From positions 88,133 to 152,132 of the forward strand of contig CAYZYT010000005.1 of assembly GCA_964482725.1 (NCBI GenBank): DNA of 64,000 nucleotides. Direction: 5' to 3'. Of this stretch, positions 37,333-46,414 are shown piece by piece. Both the position numbers and the translations under genes were made by a program. This stretch comes from an uncultured bacterium (GTDB taxonomy: Bacteria > Omnitrophota > Omnitrophia > Omnitrophales > Aquincolibacteriaceae). The notes beneath the pieces were generated by a model. The model ran no database searches. It saw only the letters and a list, made by a program, of their open reading frames with translations, and had not been told where the DNA came from. Each line of letters opens with the position of its first letter. Position 1 is the stretch's first letter.

Positions 37333-37405
37333 TGGACCTGAGGAGAATTGAACTCCTGGCCTCTGCAATGCGAATGCAGCGCTCTACCAGCTGAGCTACA
37401 GGCCC
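37333..37405 (-). tRNA. tRNA-Ala (anticodon CGC)
   Basis: Minus-strand sequence is GGGCCTGTAGCTCAGCTGGTAGAGCGCTGCATTCGCATTGCAGAGGCCAGGAGTTCAATTCTCCTCAGGTCCA. It forms a cloverleaf with a 7-bp acceptor, the G3:U70 Ala identity pair, anticodon loop TTCGCAT and a TTCAATT T-loop. CCA is not encoded. Confidence 0.85.
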
Positions 37406-37464
37406 TCGATTTTTTATGATTGAGAGAACCAACCTTCAAGATTGGCCCTTACGAAGAATTCGCA

Positions 37465-38421
37465 TTATACACAATCTTCGATAATTGTCTTCAAAACATT
37501 GAAGGCTTTCTGCTGATCCCGCTCGTTGAAGATCTCGTGAAAAAAACCTTCAAGGACCGTACGGTCCTTACGCGGCGCCACCAAGCGGTCAAAGAAATGT
37601 CGCGACGCCTTCGGATCGACGATCCGCTCTTCCCCGGGCACAATCATATGAACGGGGAACGGAAGCGAGAGAATGTGCTGTTTTCGCAAGAGTTCCGTGC
37701 GTCGGGCGATCTCCCCCACCAAGCGAGAAGAGATCTGTCGAAGGATCAATGGATCTTTTCGATAGCTCGCGATCTCGGCCGGATCATGACTGAGCGTCCT
37801 TGATCGCACCGGATTCCGGTAGATGAAGCGAGGAAAAAGCATTTGCATGAAACGGTTCAGCGGGGCCACACTCCGTGAAAAGCGAAGGCCCAGGAATGGC
37901 GCCGAAAGGATCAGCATCTTGACGGGCCCCGGATTTTTCATGGCCCAAAGAGTCGCCACAAGACCGCCCAGGCTGTGCCCAAATAAAATAAATGCCGGCG
38001 GGATCGAATACTTCTTTTGGAGGTGCTCGACAAAAGCGTTTACATCCCTGAGATAATCATCGAACGAGGCCACGTCTCCGCGCGGACCGTCCGACTGTCC
38101 CATGCCTCGAAGATCCATCACCGCAAACTGAGCGGAAAGTCGCCCCGCCCCAATTTGTTGCTTTTCAGTGACGGCGAGGCTCGCCTGATTTTCAAGGCGG
38201 CCCAACTTTCCGGGAAACTTCTCATAGCGGCCTGAATGCTCTCCAAAACCATGAAGCATCACTACCGTATGACGCGCCCCGGGCGCAGGATAAAAACGAT
38301 AGAAGATCTTGGCCCCGTCCCGGCTTTTAAAATGATCGCGGATCCAACCCGTTATCGCGTCAGACATCTTGAGATACCATCTCCTTTGTGCTTTACCCGA
38401 CTTAACATCAATTCGAATCAT
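37465..38421 (-). CDS. Alpha/beta hydrolase (lysophospholipase / monoacylglycerol-lipase-like)
   Basis: Nucleophile elbow GHSLGG and an HGFGEHSGRY motif are typical of the lysophospholipase family. The ORF is in the supplied track. Confidence 0.75.
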   Translation of the reverse strand: MIRIDVKSGKAQRRWYLKMSDAITGWIRDHFKSRDGAKIFYRFYPAPGARHTVVMLHGFGEHSGRYEKFPGKLGRLENQASLAVTEKQQIGAGRLSAQFAVMDLRGMGQSDGPRGDVASFDDYLRDVNAFVEHLQKKYSIPPAFILFGHSLGGLVATLWAMKNPGPVKMLILSAPFLGLRFSRSVAPLNRFMQMLFPRFIYRNPVRSRTLSHDPAEIASYRKDPLILRQISSRLVGEIARRTELLRKQHILSLPFPVHMIVPGEERIVDPKASRHFFDRLVAPRKDRTVLEGFFHEIFNERDQQKAFNVLKTIIEDCV

Positions 38422-38528
38422 GCCCTTGAGTCATGGCAACGGCTACGGTGACGGTCATGCAACCGTGACCCGATAACGAAACGGGCATCGTTACCATAAC
38501 CGGAATCCCGGTACCCGATCCGGATCCG

Positions 38529-40400
38529 CTACAGTGGGCCGGACCCCATGGCCTTGCGTTTGCGCCATTCCTGATCGGTCCTGCGATAGAGTTCATCGAT
38601 CGCCTTTTGATGCGCCTTCATCACGACGCTTCGTTTGATCTTCAAGGTCGGCGTCATTTCCCCCGCGAACAAAGTGAATTCATGCGGCAAAAGGATAAAG
38701 GCCCGCACGGTTTCAAAACTGGCCAAACCTTCCATGCGCTTTTCAAGCCGCTCCCGGACCCAGGCCTGGACCCCGGAATGCTCCAAAAGCTTCTCATAGG
38801 AGAGATCGCTCAAGCGATGCTGTTCGGCATAATGAAGGACCTCTTGTTTGTGAGGAACGAGCAGAGCGCAGAGGTAGGAGCGCTTGTCTCCCAACACAAT
38901 GGCCTGCAAAAAGAACGGATCCCCGAGAATACGGCCTTCGATATTCTGCGGTGAAACGTTCTTCCCCCCCGCCGTCACAATGATATCTTTCTTGCGGTCC
39001 GTAATATGAAGAAAACCTTCGTCATCAAAATGCCCGATATCCCCGGTGTAGAACCAGCCCCCTTTGATACAGTCCGCCGTCGCATGAGGATTATTGTAAT
39101 AGCCCTTCATCACACAAGGTCCTTGCGTCAAGATCTCGCCATCCTCCGCAATCTTGACGCGGATCCCGGCGATGGGTTTTCCCACCGTCCCGAACCTGAA
39201 ATCATCAAGCGCATTGACGGCTATCACCGGCGATGTCTCGGTCAGACCGTAGCCCTCGAGGATCATAATATCTGCCGCGTAGAAAAACCGGGCTAATTCC
39301 TTAGGAAGGGGCGCGCCCCCTGAGATAAAAAAACGGATCCTACCGCCCATGGCTTTTTTTATTTTATTAAAGACGACCTGTTTCGCGATCCAGTGATAAA
39401 AGCCAAGCCATCTCGGAACGGGATGCTCACGCATCTTCATTTGCGCGGTCCTCGTTCCGATGCGAACCGCCCAGTTAAAAAGCCGCTGCTTCCATCTCGG
39501 CGCTTTTTGGACTTCCTCGAGGATCCGTGCATAGGTTTTTTCATAAAAGCGCGGCACGGCCACCACAATGGTAGGTTTCACTTTCCGGATATCTTCCGCA
39601 ACCGTCATAAAACTTTCGGCATACGCTATCGACACTCCGTAAGCCGCCTGATAGTAATAACCGGCCAACCGCTCAAAGATATGGCTCAGGGGAAGAAATG
39701 AAAGCACGGAATCACGGTCATCGATCTGGATGCGTTGGAAAGAACCTTGGTAGTTGGCAATAAGGTTCCGGTGTGTGAGCATCACGCCCTTCGGAGCCCC
39801 CGTCGTTCCGGAGGTGTAAATAATAGTCGCGAGATCATCCGGCCCGACGCTTTTAACGCATTGATCATAGAGGTCCCCGTGATCCAAATCATAGCAGCGC
39901 CCCGTCTCCCGGAATGCCCCCAGGGCCTGAACATCGCCCAGGTCTCCAGCCTGAAAAAGGATAATGCCCGCCGGGAGAAATTTCGATTTAAACCCTTCGA
40001 TCTTGCGGTATTGTTCTTCCGTAGAAACGAAGAGTGCTTTGAGATCGGCGTGATCGATGATGTAGCGGATGTCCTCCAGCGAAGCCGTGGGATAGATCGG
40101 CACGGTCACAGCCCCAAGGCTCAAGATCCCGAGATCGGCAAAGGTCCATTCCGGCCCATTCTCGGAGAGGATCCCGACATGATCCCCTTTACGGATGCCG
40201 AGAGACTGAAGCGCCATGGCGGTTTCCCGCGCAATCCTCATCCAATCCTGCCAACTGTAATTCCCGGTGTAGGCACCTTGGACCTTGTAAAAGAGAGCTT
40301 TCTTGGATCCGAAAAAGCGGGCGCGTTCACGGAAGACCTGGACCAGATTACCATTCTCTTCGACGCAATCGGACGGAAATCCGGAACGCTTCTGGGCCAT
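38529..40400 (-). CDS. Long-chain fatty acid--CoA ligase (AMP-dependent synthetase)
   Basis: Motifs YTSGTTGAPKGV and GYGLTE; overall ANL superfamily architecture. Confidence 0.85.
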   Translation of the reverse strand: MAQKRSGFPSDCVEENGNLVQVFRERARFFGSKKALFYKVQGAYTGNYSWQDWMRIARETAMALQSLGIRKGDHVGILSENGPEWTFADLGILSLGAVTVPIYPTASLEDIRYIIDHADLKALFVSTEEQYRKIEGFKSKFLPAGIILFQAGDLGDVQALGAFRETGRCYDLDHGDLYDQCVKSVGPDDLATIIYTSGTTGAPKGVMLTHRNLIANYQGSFQRIQIDDRDSVLSFLPLSHIFERLAGYYYQAAYGVSIAYAESFMTVAEDIRKVKPTIVVAVPRFYEKTYARILEEVQKAPRWKQRLFNWAVRIGTRTAQMKMREHPVPRWLGFYHWIAKQVVFNKIKKAMGGRIRFFISGGAPLPKELARFFYAADIMILEGYGLTETSPVIAVNALDDFRFGTVGKPIAGIRVKIAEDGEILTQGPCVMKGYYNNPHATADCIKGGWFYTGDIGHFDDEGFLHITDRKKDIIVTAGGKNVSPQNIEGRILGDPFFLQAIVLGDKRSYLCALLVPHKQEVLHYAEQHRLSDLSYEKLLEHSGVQAWVRERLEKRMEGLASFETVRAFILLPHEFTLFAGEMTPTLKIKRSVVMKAHQKAIDELYRRTDQEWRKRKAMGSGPL

Positions 40401-40410
40401 GGGCCTTTCC

Positions 40411-41121
40411 TCAGGAAGCGGCGGTTTTTACTTTGGGGGCGGTTGGAGAGACCGTCCCGGCAGGCATTTCCTTAAGAGCTTCCATCTCTTGAGTATTACG
40501 CTGGGTTTCTTCATGAATAATGCGTAACTTTTCTTGCGCTAAAAGAGCATTCTTCTCGGAAGTCTTTTGACCGTCTGGCTGCTTCTGGGAAGCATCCAGA
40601 TCATTCAAGATCTTCTGATGGATGCGTGCCTGTTCCTGAACACGCTGAAGCTGCGCGGAACGCCCGCTCTGAACACTCTTGATCTTCTTATTCAGGTCGA
40701 AAATCTTTTGGATCTCCTGACGGATCTGAGACACCGAAGCGCGCGGCGTGGGCGGCGGCGGCACATAGCCCGGCTTCACAGGCGTCGCTTTCGCAGCACG
40801 AACCGAAGGCTTTCCGACCAAAGCTTGCGTGGCAGAAGCCCCCGCAACGATCCCACTTCCCCCTTTTTCCGCCATCAACTCTTTACCGGTTTTTTTCCCG
40901 AAGAGCTTAACGATCTGATCCCCCATGGCCTGAGGCGTCGCAACTGAAGAGAACGATGTTTTCGCCTTGGATCCTTTGGGAGTCGAGGCGGATGACTTAA
41001 TTTCCGCGGAGTTTTGGGGAGCAGAGACCCCAAGGTGCAGCAGGAAGAGCATCACAAACCCACTACTGAGCTTACGCATAAGGCCTTTCATTTTCAAAAA
41101 GACTGCTGAGCCGTTGACCAC
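40411..41121 (-). CDS. Hypothetical secreted protein with a signal peptide and coiled-coil, Ala/Lys/Gln-rich sequence
   Basis: N-terminal hydrophobic signal (FVMLFLLHLGVSAPQNSAE) and low-complexity composition. No recognisable domain. Confidence 0.45.
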   Translation of the reverse strand: MVNGSAVFLKMKGLMRKLSSGFVMLFLLHLGVSAPQNSAEIKSSASTPKGSKAKTSFSSVATPQAMGDQIVKLFGKKTGKELMAEKGGSGIVAGASATQALVGKPSVRAAKATPVKPGYVPPPPTPRASVSQIRQEIQKIFDLNKKIKSVQSGRSAQLQRVQEQARIHQKILNDLDASQKQPDGQKTSEKNALLAQEKLRIIHEETQRNTQEMEALKEMPAGTVSPTAPKVKTAAS

Positions 41122-41305
41122 CGTTTTGAGGGCGTTATTATAGCTTAAAACGTTATCGAAAAAATCTGTTTTTTCTTTACCCCTTTTGTACCCTCCATAA
41201 GAGTAACGGAGAGGATCCCAAAATACAAGTGCACCCTCGACCTCAAAATAATTTCACTTGAGCCATTCCATGGCGAGTCCCCTGGGGTCAGCGACCCTTC
41301 CCGGA

Positions 41306-42493
41306 TTATTTCTGTTCAAAGATCAGCGTACCACCTTGGCCGCCGCCAACACACAACCCCGCCATTCCCAGCGCGACACCCCGCCTTTTCATTTCATGAA
41401 GCAGCGTCACGACGAGCCTCACTCCGGTCGCTCCGACCGGATGCCCGAGGGCGATCGCCCCCCCATTTACATTGACCGCCTCGCGATCCAACCCGAGCGA
41501 CTTTTCCACGGCGAGACACTGCGCGGCAAACGCCTCATTGATCTCCACGAGTTTCATATCCTTTATGACGAGCTTCGCTTTTTGAAGCGCCTTTCGGGTC
41601 GAATCGACCGGCCCCAGCCCCATGCGCCGCGGATCCACCCCGCTAAAAGCCCAGGTCCGGAGCGTCGCAAGAACCGGCAAGGCAAGTTCTTCGGCCTTGG
41701 CTCGATGGGTCACAAGCACCGCGGCGGCGCCGTCTGAAATAGGGCATGAGTTCCCGGCCGTCACGGTCCCAGGCTCTTTAAAAACGGACGGATAACCTTG
41801 AAGCTCCTGGAGGGTCAAGGCCGGGTTGGGGCTTTCATCATCCACGAAGATCGCTTGGGTATTGTCCCGCTTCGACCTCGGCGAAAGAATGACCGGAAGG
41901 ATCTCCGCCCTGAATTTTCCTGAGTGTACGGCCCGAGCCGCTTTTTGATGGGACTCGAGCGCAAATTCATCCTGCGCGGATCGACTGATCTTGAATTCCT
42001 CCGCCAGCACCTCGGCCGTCTCTCCCATCATCATCCCCGAGACCGGATCGCGGAGACCCTCCCAAAGAGAATCGATCATCCTGGAATCACGAAGTTTTTT
42101 TCCAAATCGAAGATCGCGGTTCACGAAAGGCACCGAGGACATGACCTCGACTCCCCCCGCCACCACGACGTCGGCATCCCCCACAAGGATCATCTGGGCT
42201 GCGCTCACGATCGCCTGCATACCTGAAGCGCAATTCCGGTTAACGGTAAAGGATGGAACCGAAGGCGAAATGCCGGCCATCAGCGCAATGACACGGGCAA
42301 CATTGTGGGCATCGGATTGCTGCCCCACACAGCCAAAGATCACCTCATCCACAGCTTTCGGATCCACGTGTGTGCGTTCCAAAAGGCCCCGAAGAATGAC
42401 CTCACCGAGTTTTTGATTGGTCAGGTCCTTCAGGGCACCGCCCAATTTCGCCTGGGCTGTCCGGACTGCACCGGCGATAACGATCTCTTTCAT
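41306..42493 (-). CDS. Acetyl-CoA C-acetyltransferase (thiolase II)
   Basis: Thiolase signatures NRNCASGMQA (active-site Cys), GHPVGATG and CVGGGQG. Confidence 0.85.
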   Translation of the reverse strand: MKEIVIAGAVRTAQAKLGGALKDLTNQKLGEVILRGLLERTHVDPKAVDEVIFGCVGQQSDAHNVARVIALMAGISPSVPSFTVNRNCASGMQAIVSAAQMILVGDADVVVAGGVEVMSSVPFVNRDLRFGKKLRDSRMIDSLWEGLRDPVSGMMMGETAEVLAEEFKISRSAQDEFALESHQKAARAVHSGKFRAEILPVILSPRSKRDNTQAIFVDDESPNPALTLQELQGYPSVFKEPGTVTAGNSCPISDGAAAVLVTHRAKAEELALPVLATLRTWAFSGVDPRRMGLGPVDSTRKALQKAKLVIKDMKLVEINEAFAAQCLAVEKSLGLDREAVNVNGGAIALGHPVGATGVRLVVTLLHEMKRRGVALGMAGLCVGGGQGGTLIFEQK

Positions 42494-42530
42494 TCGGGAA
42501 TTCTCCGTTAAAATGATGCGTCTTGAGGCC

Positions 42531-44570
42531 TTATTCTAGCAGAAGCTGGCGTATGTCCGCCAGTTGTTCGCGGGTCTTCTTCACACCTTCTTCGATGAAC
42601 TTGTGTGCGGAAAAGAATTCGATCCAGTGAGCGTCGGGAACGGCGGCATGGATAAAAATATCCGCCTCACTTCCTTCCATCCGCGCAATCTCAAATTCGG
42701 TGAACATGATGGAATTCATCATCACGTTAAAGATATTGGCCGTATAACGTCGCTGGATTCGATCCAGGGTCTTCATCGCGATACGCTGCCAATGACCCCG
42801 TTGTTGAAACCCCTCATGAAAGGCCTTGCGCCGCAGTTCATTACGCTCGATCAGATCCTTGGGAGCGGGCAGGACATTGACCGCGATAATTTTGCGAACC
42901 CCCATATTGGATAAGACCTTCACCGGAAGCGGATCCACGATGCCGCCATCGATGAGATAACTTCCCTTATACGGGTAGGGGCGGAGGAACCCCGGGATCG
43001 AGATCGACGCACGGACCGCATTCAGAACACTTCCGGAGTCCAACACCACCTCTTCGGAGGTTAAAAGATCCGTCGCCACCATCTTGACGGGGATCTTGAG
43101 GTCCAGGAACGTCATGTCTTTCAAATACGCCGACAAGAACTGAGTGATCTGGTTCCCTTTAAAAAATCCACGATGGATCGCCGAAATATCCCGAAAACCC
43201 AACAGCTTGAAGAAGGCATTCTTCTTATCCAGAGATTTTGCGATCTTCTCGATCTCGTACGAATCATACCCGGCCGCCCAAAGTGTCCCGATAAGAGCCC
43301 CGATGCTCGAACCCGCGAGAACGTCTACGGGGATCTTCTCCTGCTCCAGGACCCGAAGCACCCCAATGTGGGAGAGACCGTAAGCAGCACCGCTCCCCAG
43401 CACCAACCCCACTAACCGCTCCGACCATTCCTTGGCCAAAAAGGTCATGGTCTTTTCGTACTGATACCGTTGGTATTGAAGCGAGGGAAGCGTGGAAAAA
43501 AGCTGTATCTCCCCCGACGGGCCCGACCCCTCCGCGGAAAAAGACCTCCCTTCCTGGGTAGGCATGATGATCTTGATCTCGTTTTTGCTGAACCCAAAAT
43601 CCTGACAGAGCTCTCCCACTTTCTTTGAAGCGAACGTGAAAACGTCAGTTCGTTTTTCCGCCCAGAGATAGACGCGATCCGAATAATTGAGCGCTTTAAC
43701 AGCGACCGGAGTATTGCGATCCGGAAGACAGATCACCAGGTAATCATAACGGTAGGTGAGATAGGTCAGGAGCGCCGTAAATTTCTTTTCATCCTCGTCC
43801 AGGGCCGCGTTGACCGCAAAAGGCAGCAAGTCAAAACTGGTTTCGTGGACCAGGATCGACTTCTGGATCGAAGATTCATGAGACGGATCCATCGTTTTAA
43901 GATCGAACCCGGAGACATCGCTTCGGCGGAACTCGGCGGGGAGAAGATTCCTTAATTTCCCGGAAAGGTCTAGAAGCAATACCTTGTTTTGGGTCTCATG
44001 CCGTAAGGTCTTGATGAAATCCACAAGAAAAAACGCCATCCCCTCCGTGGCAGCCGCAAAATAAAAAGCCGCGATGCGAACTTCACGCCGGTGATGGCTG
44101 TAGCCCAGATCTTCGCGGGTCAGATGCCGTCCGAGGGAACGGCTGAGATGGAGCGCCAGCGCGGGGATGGCATGAAGGAGTTGTTGAAAACTCTCCGAGC
44201 TGATCTTCAGAGCCACAGCATCGGTTTTGGCCTCCACCGATGCGCTATGCACGCTTCCGGTCAAAAGAGAGGTCTCGCCAAAATGCTCCCCCCGGTAGAA
44301 AAAAAGAAGTGTGGATTCCTTTTCCGGACCTCGGGCACGGGTAAAAAGACGGAATCGTCCTGAGATAATGATATAGAAAGCGTCCGGCACCGTCCCCTCT
44401 TCATAGACAAGGTCGCCGCGTTTAAACCCCACCAAGCGGGAATGCTTCTCGATCAGGGCTTGCTCTTCCGGCGCCAGGGACGAAAAAAGAGAGATCGAAT
44501 CTGTTAAATATCCCTCCTTCACCTCGGACTTCGCTTTTTTCCCAAATGAGAAAAAATTCATCATGCCCAA
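42531..44570 (-). CDS. Patatin-like phospholipase with an N-terminal cyclic-nucleotide-binding domain (NTE/RssA-like)
   Basis: The cNMP-binding region reads FKRGDLVYEEGTVPDAFYIIISGRF...GEHFGETSLL. Patatin motifs are GSGAAYG (GxGxxG), GSSIG (GxSxG) and DGG. Confidence 0.8.
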   Translation of the reverse strand: MGMMNFFSFGKKAKSEVKEGYLTDSISLFSSLAPEEQALIEKHSRLVGFKRGDLVYEEGTVPDAFYIIISGRFRLFTRARGPEKESTLLFFYRGEHFGETSLLTGSVHSASVEAKTDAVALKISSESFQQLLHAIPALALHLSRSLGRHLTREDLGYSHHRREVRIAAFYFAAATEGMAFFLVDFIKTLRHETQNKVLLLDLSGKLRNLLPAEFRRSDVSGFDLKTMDPSHESSIQKSILVHETSFDLLPFAVNAALDEDEKKFTALLTYLTYRYDYLVICLPDRNTPVAVKALNYSDRVYLWAEKRTDVFTFASKKVGELCQDFGFSKNEIKIIMPTQEGRSFSAEGSGPSGEIQLFSTLPSLQYQRYQYEKTMTFLAKEWSERLVGLVLGSGAAYGLSHIGVLRVLEQEKIPVDVLAGSSIGALIGTLWAAGYDSYEIEKIAKSLDKKNAFFKLLGFRDISAIHRGFFKGNQITQFLSAYLKDMTFLDLKIPVKMVATDLLTSEEVVLDSGSVLNAVRASISIPGFLRPYPYKGSYLIDGGIVDPLPVKVLSNMGVRKIIAVNVLPAPKDLIERNELRRKAFHEGFQQRGHWQRIAMKTLDRIQRRYTANIFNVMMNSIMFTEFEIARMEGSEADIFIHAAVPDAHWIEFFSAHKFIEEGVKKTREQLADIRQLLLE

Positions 44571-44740
44571 TTCTCCGTTCCCAAAATATAAAAAATTAAT
44601 TGGACTAGTCCTGGCAAACTTTTATGAAAATAAAATTGAGGCCAGGGCATGGGTGGATTATCGGCAGAAAAGACTATTCCCCTTATAGTCGCAAGAACAA
44701 AGATCAGGGGAATCCCCAGAGGTCTTCAAAGAAATCCAAG

Positions 44741-44776
44741 AGAGGAAAAGAAAAAAGGAGCGCCGAAGGCGCTCCT
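44741..44776 (-). terminator. Intrinsic terminator downstream of the PilZ gene
   Basis: Stem GGAGCGCC / GGCGCTCC (44757-44764 and 44769-44776) with a GAAG loop. The minus strand is followed by ttttttcttttcc. Confidence 0.5.
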
Positions 44777-44871
44777 TTGAACTGCTTAAAATCCAAACTC
44801 TAAAACTCAAAAAAACACGTACGAAGCAACCCCTGCGAGGATCTAAAGCAAAAAAAGCTCGAAAGTCTTGC

Positions 44872-45288
44872 TTACCACTCCTGAACGCTTTCCGGGTCCG
44901 CGTAGTCATTGACCTTAGTCTCAAGCCAGTGATTGTACGCATAATCCAGCACGCGGAATTTATCGACCGGATCCATGTTGAGCAGCCGAACGCCCTGATC
45001 AAAGCCCTGGTCCGTTCCGTCAGAAGGCCTTGACCACATAACCAATCCCGAGCTAAAAATAGGCTTGGGGTCATCCGGGATCGTGATCTCCAAATCCAAC
45101 GGAGTCCCCTCTTGAAGCGACTTATCGGAGTTGATCTTCAAACCTTCGCGACAAAGGTCCCGGCTCAATCCGATCCCTTTAACGGATGTCGATTCGGTTC
45201 CGGTAAACTTCACGCTCATATACGCGTCAAAGCGCTTAAACCTGCGCTTATCTTTATCCATCGCTTCCTCCTTTACTTTTTTTCGCAC
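44872..45288 (-). CDS. PilZ-domain protein (putative c-di-GMP receptor)
   Basis: RRFKRFD (RxxxR-like) and a downstream GIGLSRDLCREGL segment resembling the DxSxxG half-site. The match is weaker than for the 46046 ORF. Confidence 0.5.
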   Translation of the reverse strand: MRKKVKEEAMDKDKRRFKRFDAYMSVKFTGTESTSVKGIGLSRDLCREGLKINSDKSLQEGTPLDLEITIPDDPKPIFSSGLVMWSRPSDGTDQGFDQGVRLLNMDPVDKFRVLDYAYNHWLETKVNDYADPESVQEW

Positions 45289-45527
45289 TCGCCACTACCG
45301 GAAAAAGCCTGACTCTCCGTTGCTTATGTATCGACTTCTTCATGCGTTTAATTAATTAAAAACACCGTCACCCAAGGCAAAAAGTAACACATAGGTTTAA
45401 ATTTTACAAGGGGACAAGGCCATTTTTTTTTGAAGAAATGCAATTCTGCGGACGCATCGATTCCACGGGACAAAAACGCTAAAAAACCAAGACGAGATAA
45501 AGATGCAACCCATTACTATGAAATAGG

Positions 45528-46031
45528 TTAGCGGAAATTAACGAACTGGATTGGGAGGGTCAACGGAGCCGTCCGAAGGTGCTGGATCACGACCTGGAGA
45601 TCATCTTTACTCTTCGATGAGACTCGGATCTCATCCCCCTGAATGGCGGTCTGAACCTTCACCGAAAGATCCTTAATGATCTTCACGATTTCTTTGGACT
45701 TCTCCTGAGGGATCCCTTGGGCAAGAGTCACTTCCTGTCGGAGACAGCCGTCAAAGGCCTTCTCCGGGGTTTTAAAATCGAGCGCCTTCGGAGAAATTTT
45801 CCGACTGGCCATCCTTGTCTTGAGAATATCCTGAAGATTCCTGAGCTTCATTTCATCATCCGCGATCAGACGAATCTTTTTCTCTTTCTCATCCTTGAGG
45901 AATTCCAAAGAGCTCTTACTCCCCTTGAAATCAAAACGGGTCTGGAGCTCTTTTTTCGCCTGATTGACGGCGTTGTCGACCTCCTGAAGATCGATCTGGG
46001 AAACGACATCAAAGGAGGATAATTGGGCCAT
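45528..46031 (-). CDS. yajQ: YajQ-family (UPF0234) nucleotide / c-di-GMP-binding protein
   Basis: N-terminus MAQLSSFDVVSQIDLQEVDNAVNQAKKELQTRFDFKGSKSSLEF matches the conserved YajQ start (SFDIVSEVDLQEV...TRFDFKG). Confidence 0.85.
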   Translation of the reverse strand: MAQLSSFDVVSQIDLQEVDNAVNQAKKELQTRFDFKGSKSSLEFLKDEKEKKIRLIADDEMKLRNLQDILKTRMASRKISPKALDFKTPEKAFDGCLRQEVTLAQGIPQEKSKEIVKIIKDLSVKVQTAIQGDEIRVSSKSKDDLQVVIQHLRTAPLTLPIQFVNFR

Positions 46032-46045
46032 CGGGCGAAAAAGGG

Positions 46046-46414
46046 TTAAGCTTTTTTTGAAGGAGGAGTAATGAAAGCTCTCAAACGCTTGCGGGAAAAA
46101 TCGTCGAGATCGAGGAATTCAAGGCCTGTGTCAAAATTCTTCTTCGCCGACTTCCGGTCCTGGCTCGGGATCACCCACACGCTACGCCCCGTGCATTGAA
46201 CAGGCGGCTCGCCATCCTTCAGCTCCAGGCTGATCTTGCAACGGTCGAAACGTTCCAAAGGTTCTGGAAGCATGACCGAAACACCCCCCATCCCAACATC
46301 CTCCGTGCTTGCGGTAAAGGCCTTCTGCTTGCCCACCGGCTGGATCGCGACTTCACAGGTCAGGTGGAGCCGCGGAAATTTTCGTTTATTAAAACCATCC
46401 CACAGAGAGTTCAT
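46046..46414 (-). CDS. PilZ-domain protein
   Basis: RKFPRL (RxxxR) and DVGMGGVSV (D-x-S/G-x-G-G) PilZ signature. Confidence 0.65.
   Translation of the reverse strand: MNSLWDGFNKRKFPRLHLTCEVAIQPVGKQKAFTASTEDVGMGGVSVMLPEPLERFDRCKISLELKDGEPPVQCTGRSVWVIPSQDRKSAKKNFDTGLEFLDLDDFSRKRLRAFITPPSKKA

Noticed and set aside
37100-37439. Track ORFs 37100..37432 (-), 37257..37439 (-), 37121..37351 (+) and 37167..37394 (+)
   Set aside because: They overlap the tRNA-Ala gene and the tRNA-like element, so they are non-coding.
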